From Azolla caroliniana (taxonomy: Eukaryota > Plantae > Polypodiophyta), in NCBI GenBank assembly GCA_043228905.1, contig JBHGNT010000022.1:8556001-8620000 (forward strand): DNA of 64,000 bases, read 5' to 3'. Below the pieces are notes generated by a model. That model was not told the origin of the DNA, ran no database searches, and saw nothing but the letters and a program-made list of their open reading frames with translations. A program made the position numbers and the translations under genes. This document shows, in pieces, positions 63,913 through 64,000 of this stretch (positions are counted from its first letter, which is position 1; each line of letters opens with the position of its first letter).

Positions 63913-64000
63913 AAATACAAAATAGCTATGAGGCTTAAGACTAGTGTTGAATCAATTTGGTTCGAAATAATGCCTTGTGCCTCCTTTTATAGTGTTGTTA
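63906..64000 (-). repeat. Partial 5' LTR of element D (runs off window)
   Basis: Matches ~27007-27101. Confidence 0.8.

Overview
Plant-type heterochromatic region made almost entirely of nested transposons; no host gene, rRNA, true tRNA or CRISPR array is supported. My labels: Ty1/copia elements of a Tnt1/Tork-like group (J 5420-7918 +, L 10139-16696 -, E 31734-36949 -, F 43866-58666 +, G 44311-50097 -, H 51486-56317 -), a second copia family (I 757-5419 -, M 17550-23210 -), chromodomain Ty3/gypsy elements (C 18124-22407 -, B 27667-40518 -, D 26854->64000 -, A 27161-60625 +, A' ~25980-26853 +), a 5'-truncated L1 LINE, a 1.77-kb TIR DNA transposon, a solo LTR and unclassified remnants. Many boundaries are fixed by TG..CA ends, PBS/PPT and target-site duplications (TSDs), which give a five-level nest (A' > D > A > F > G/H). 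Most notable: (1) gypsy B has no tRNA PBS but a 12-nt PBS exactly complementary to its predicted transcript 5' end (Tf1-type self-priming), and C keeps an inverted relic of the same junction; (2) tRNA-like A/B-box modules at the U3 end of the B and C LTRs; (3) a conserved -1 frameshift cassette; (4) copia H has apparently identical LTRs yet lacks RNase H; (5) gag swapping among copia copies with similar pol; (6) a 56-bp-period hairpin array in a gypsy leader. Clade and host-lineage names are inference; coordinates were counted by eye.
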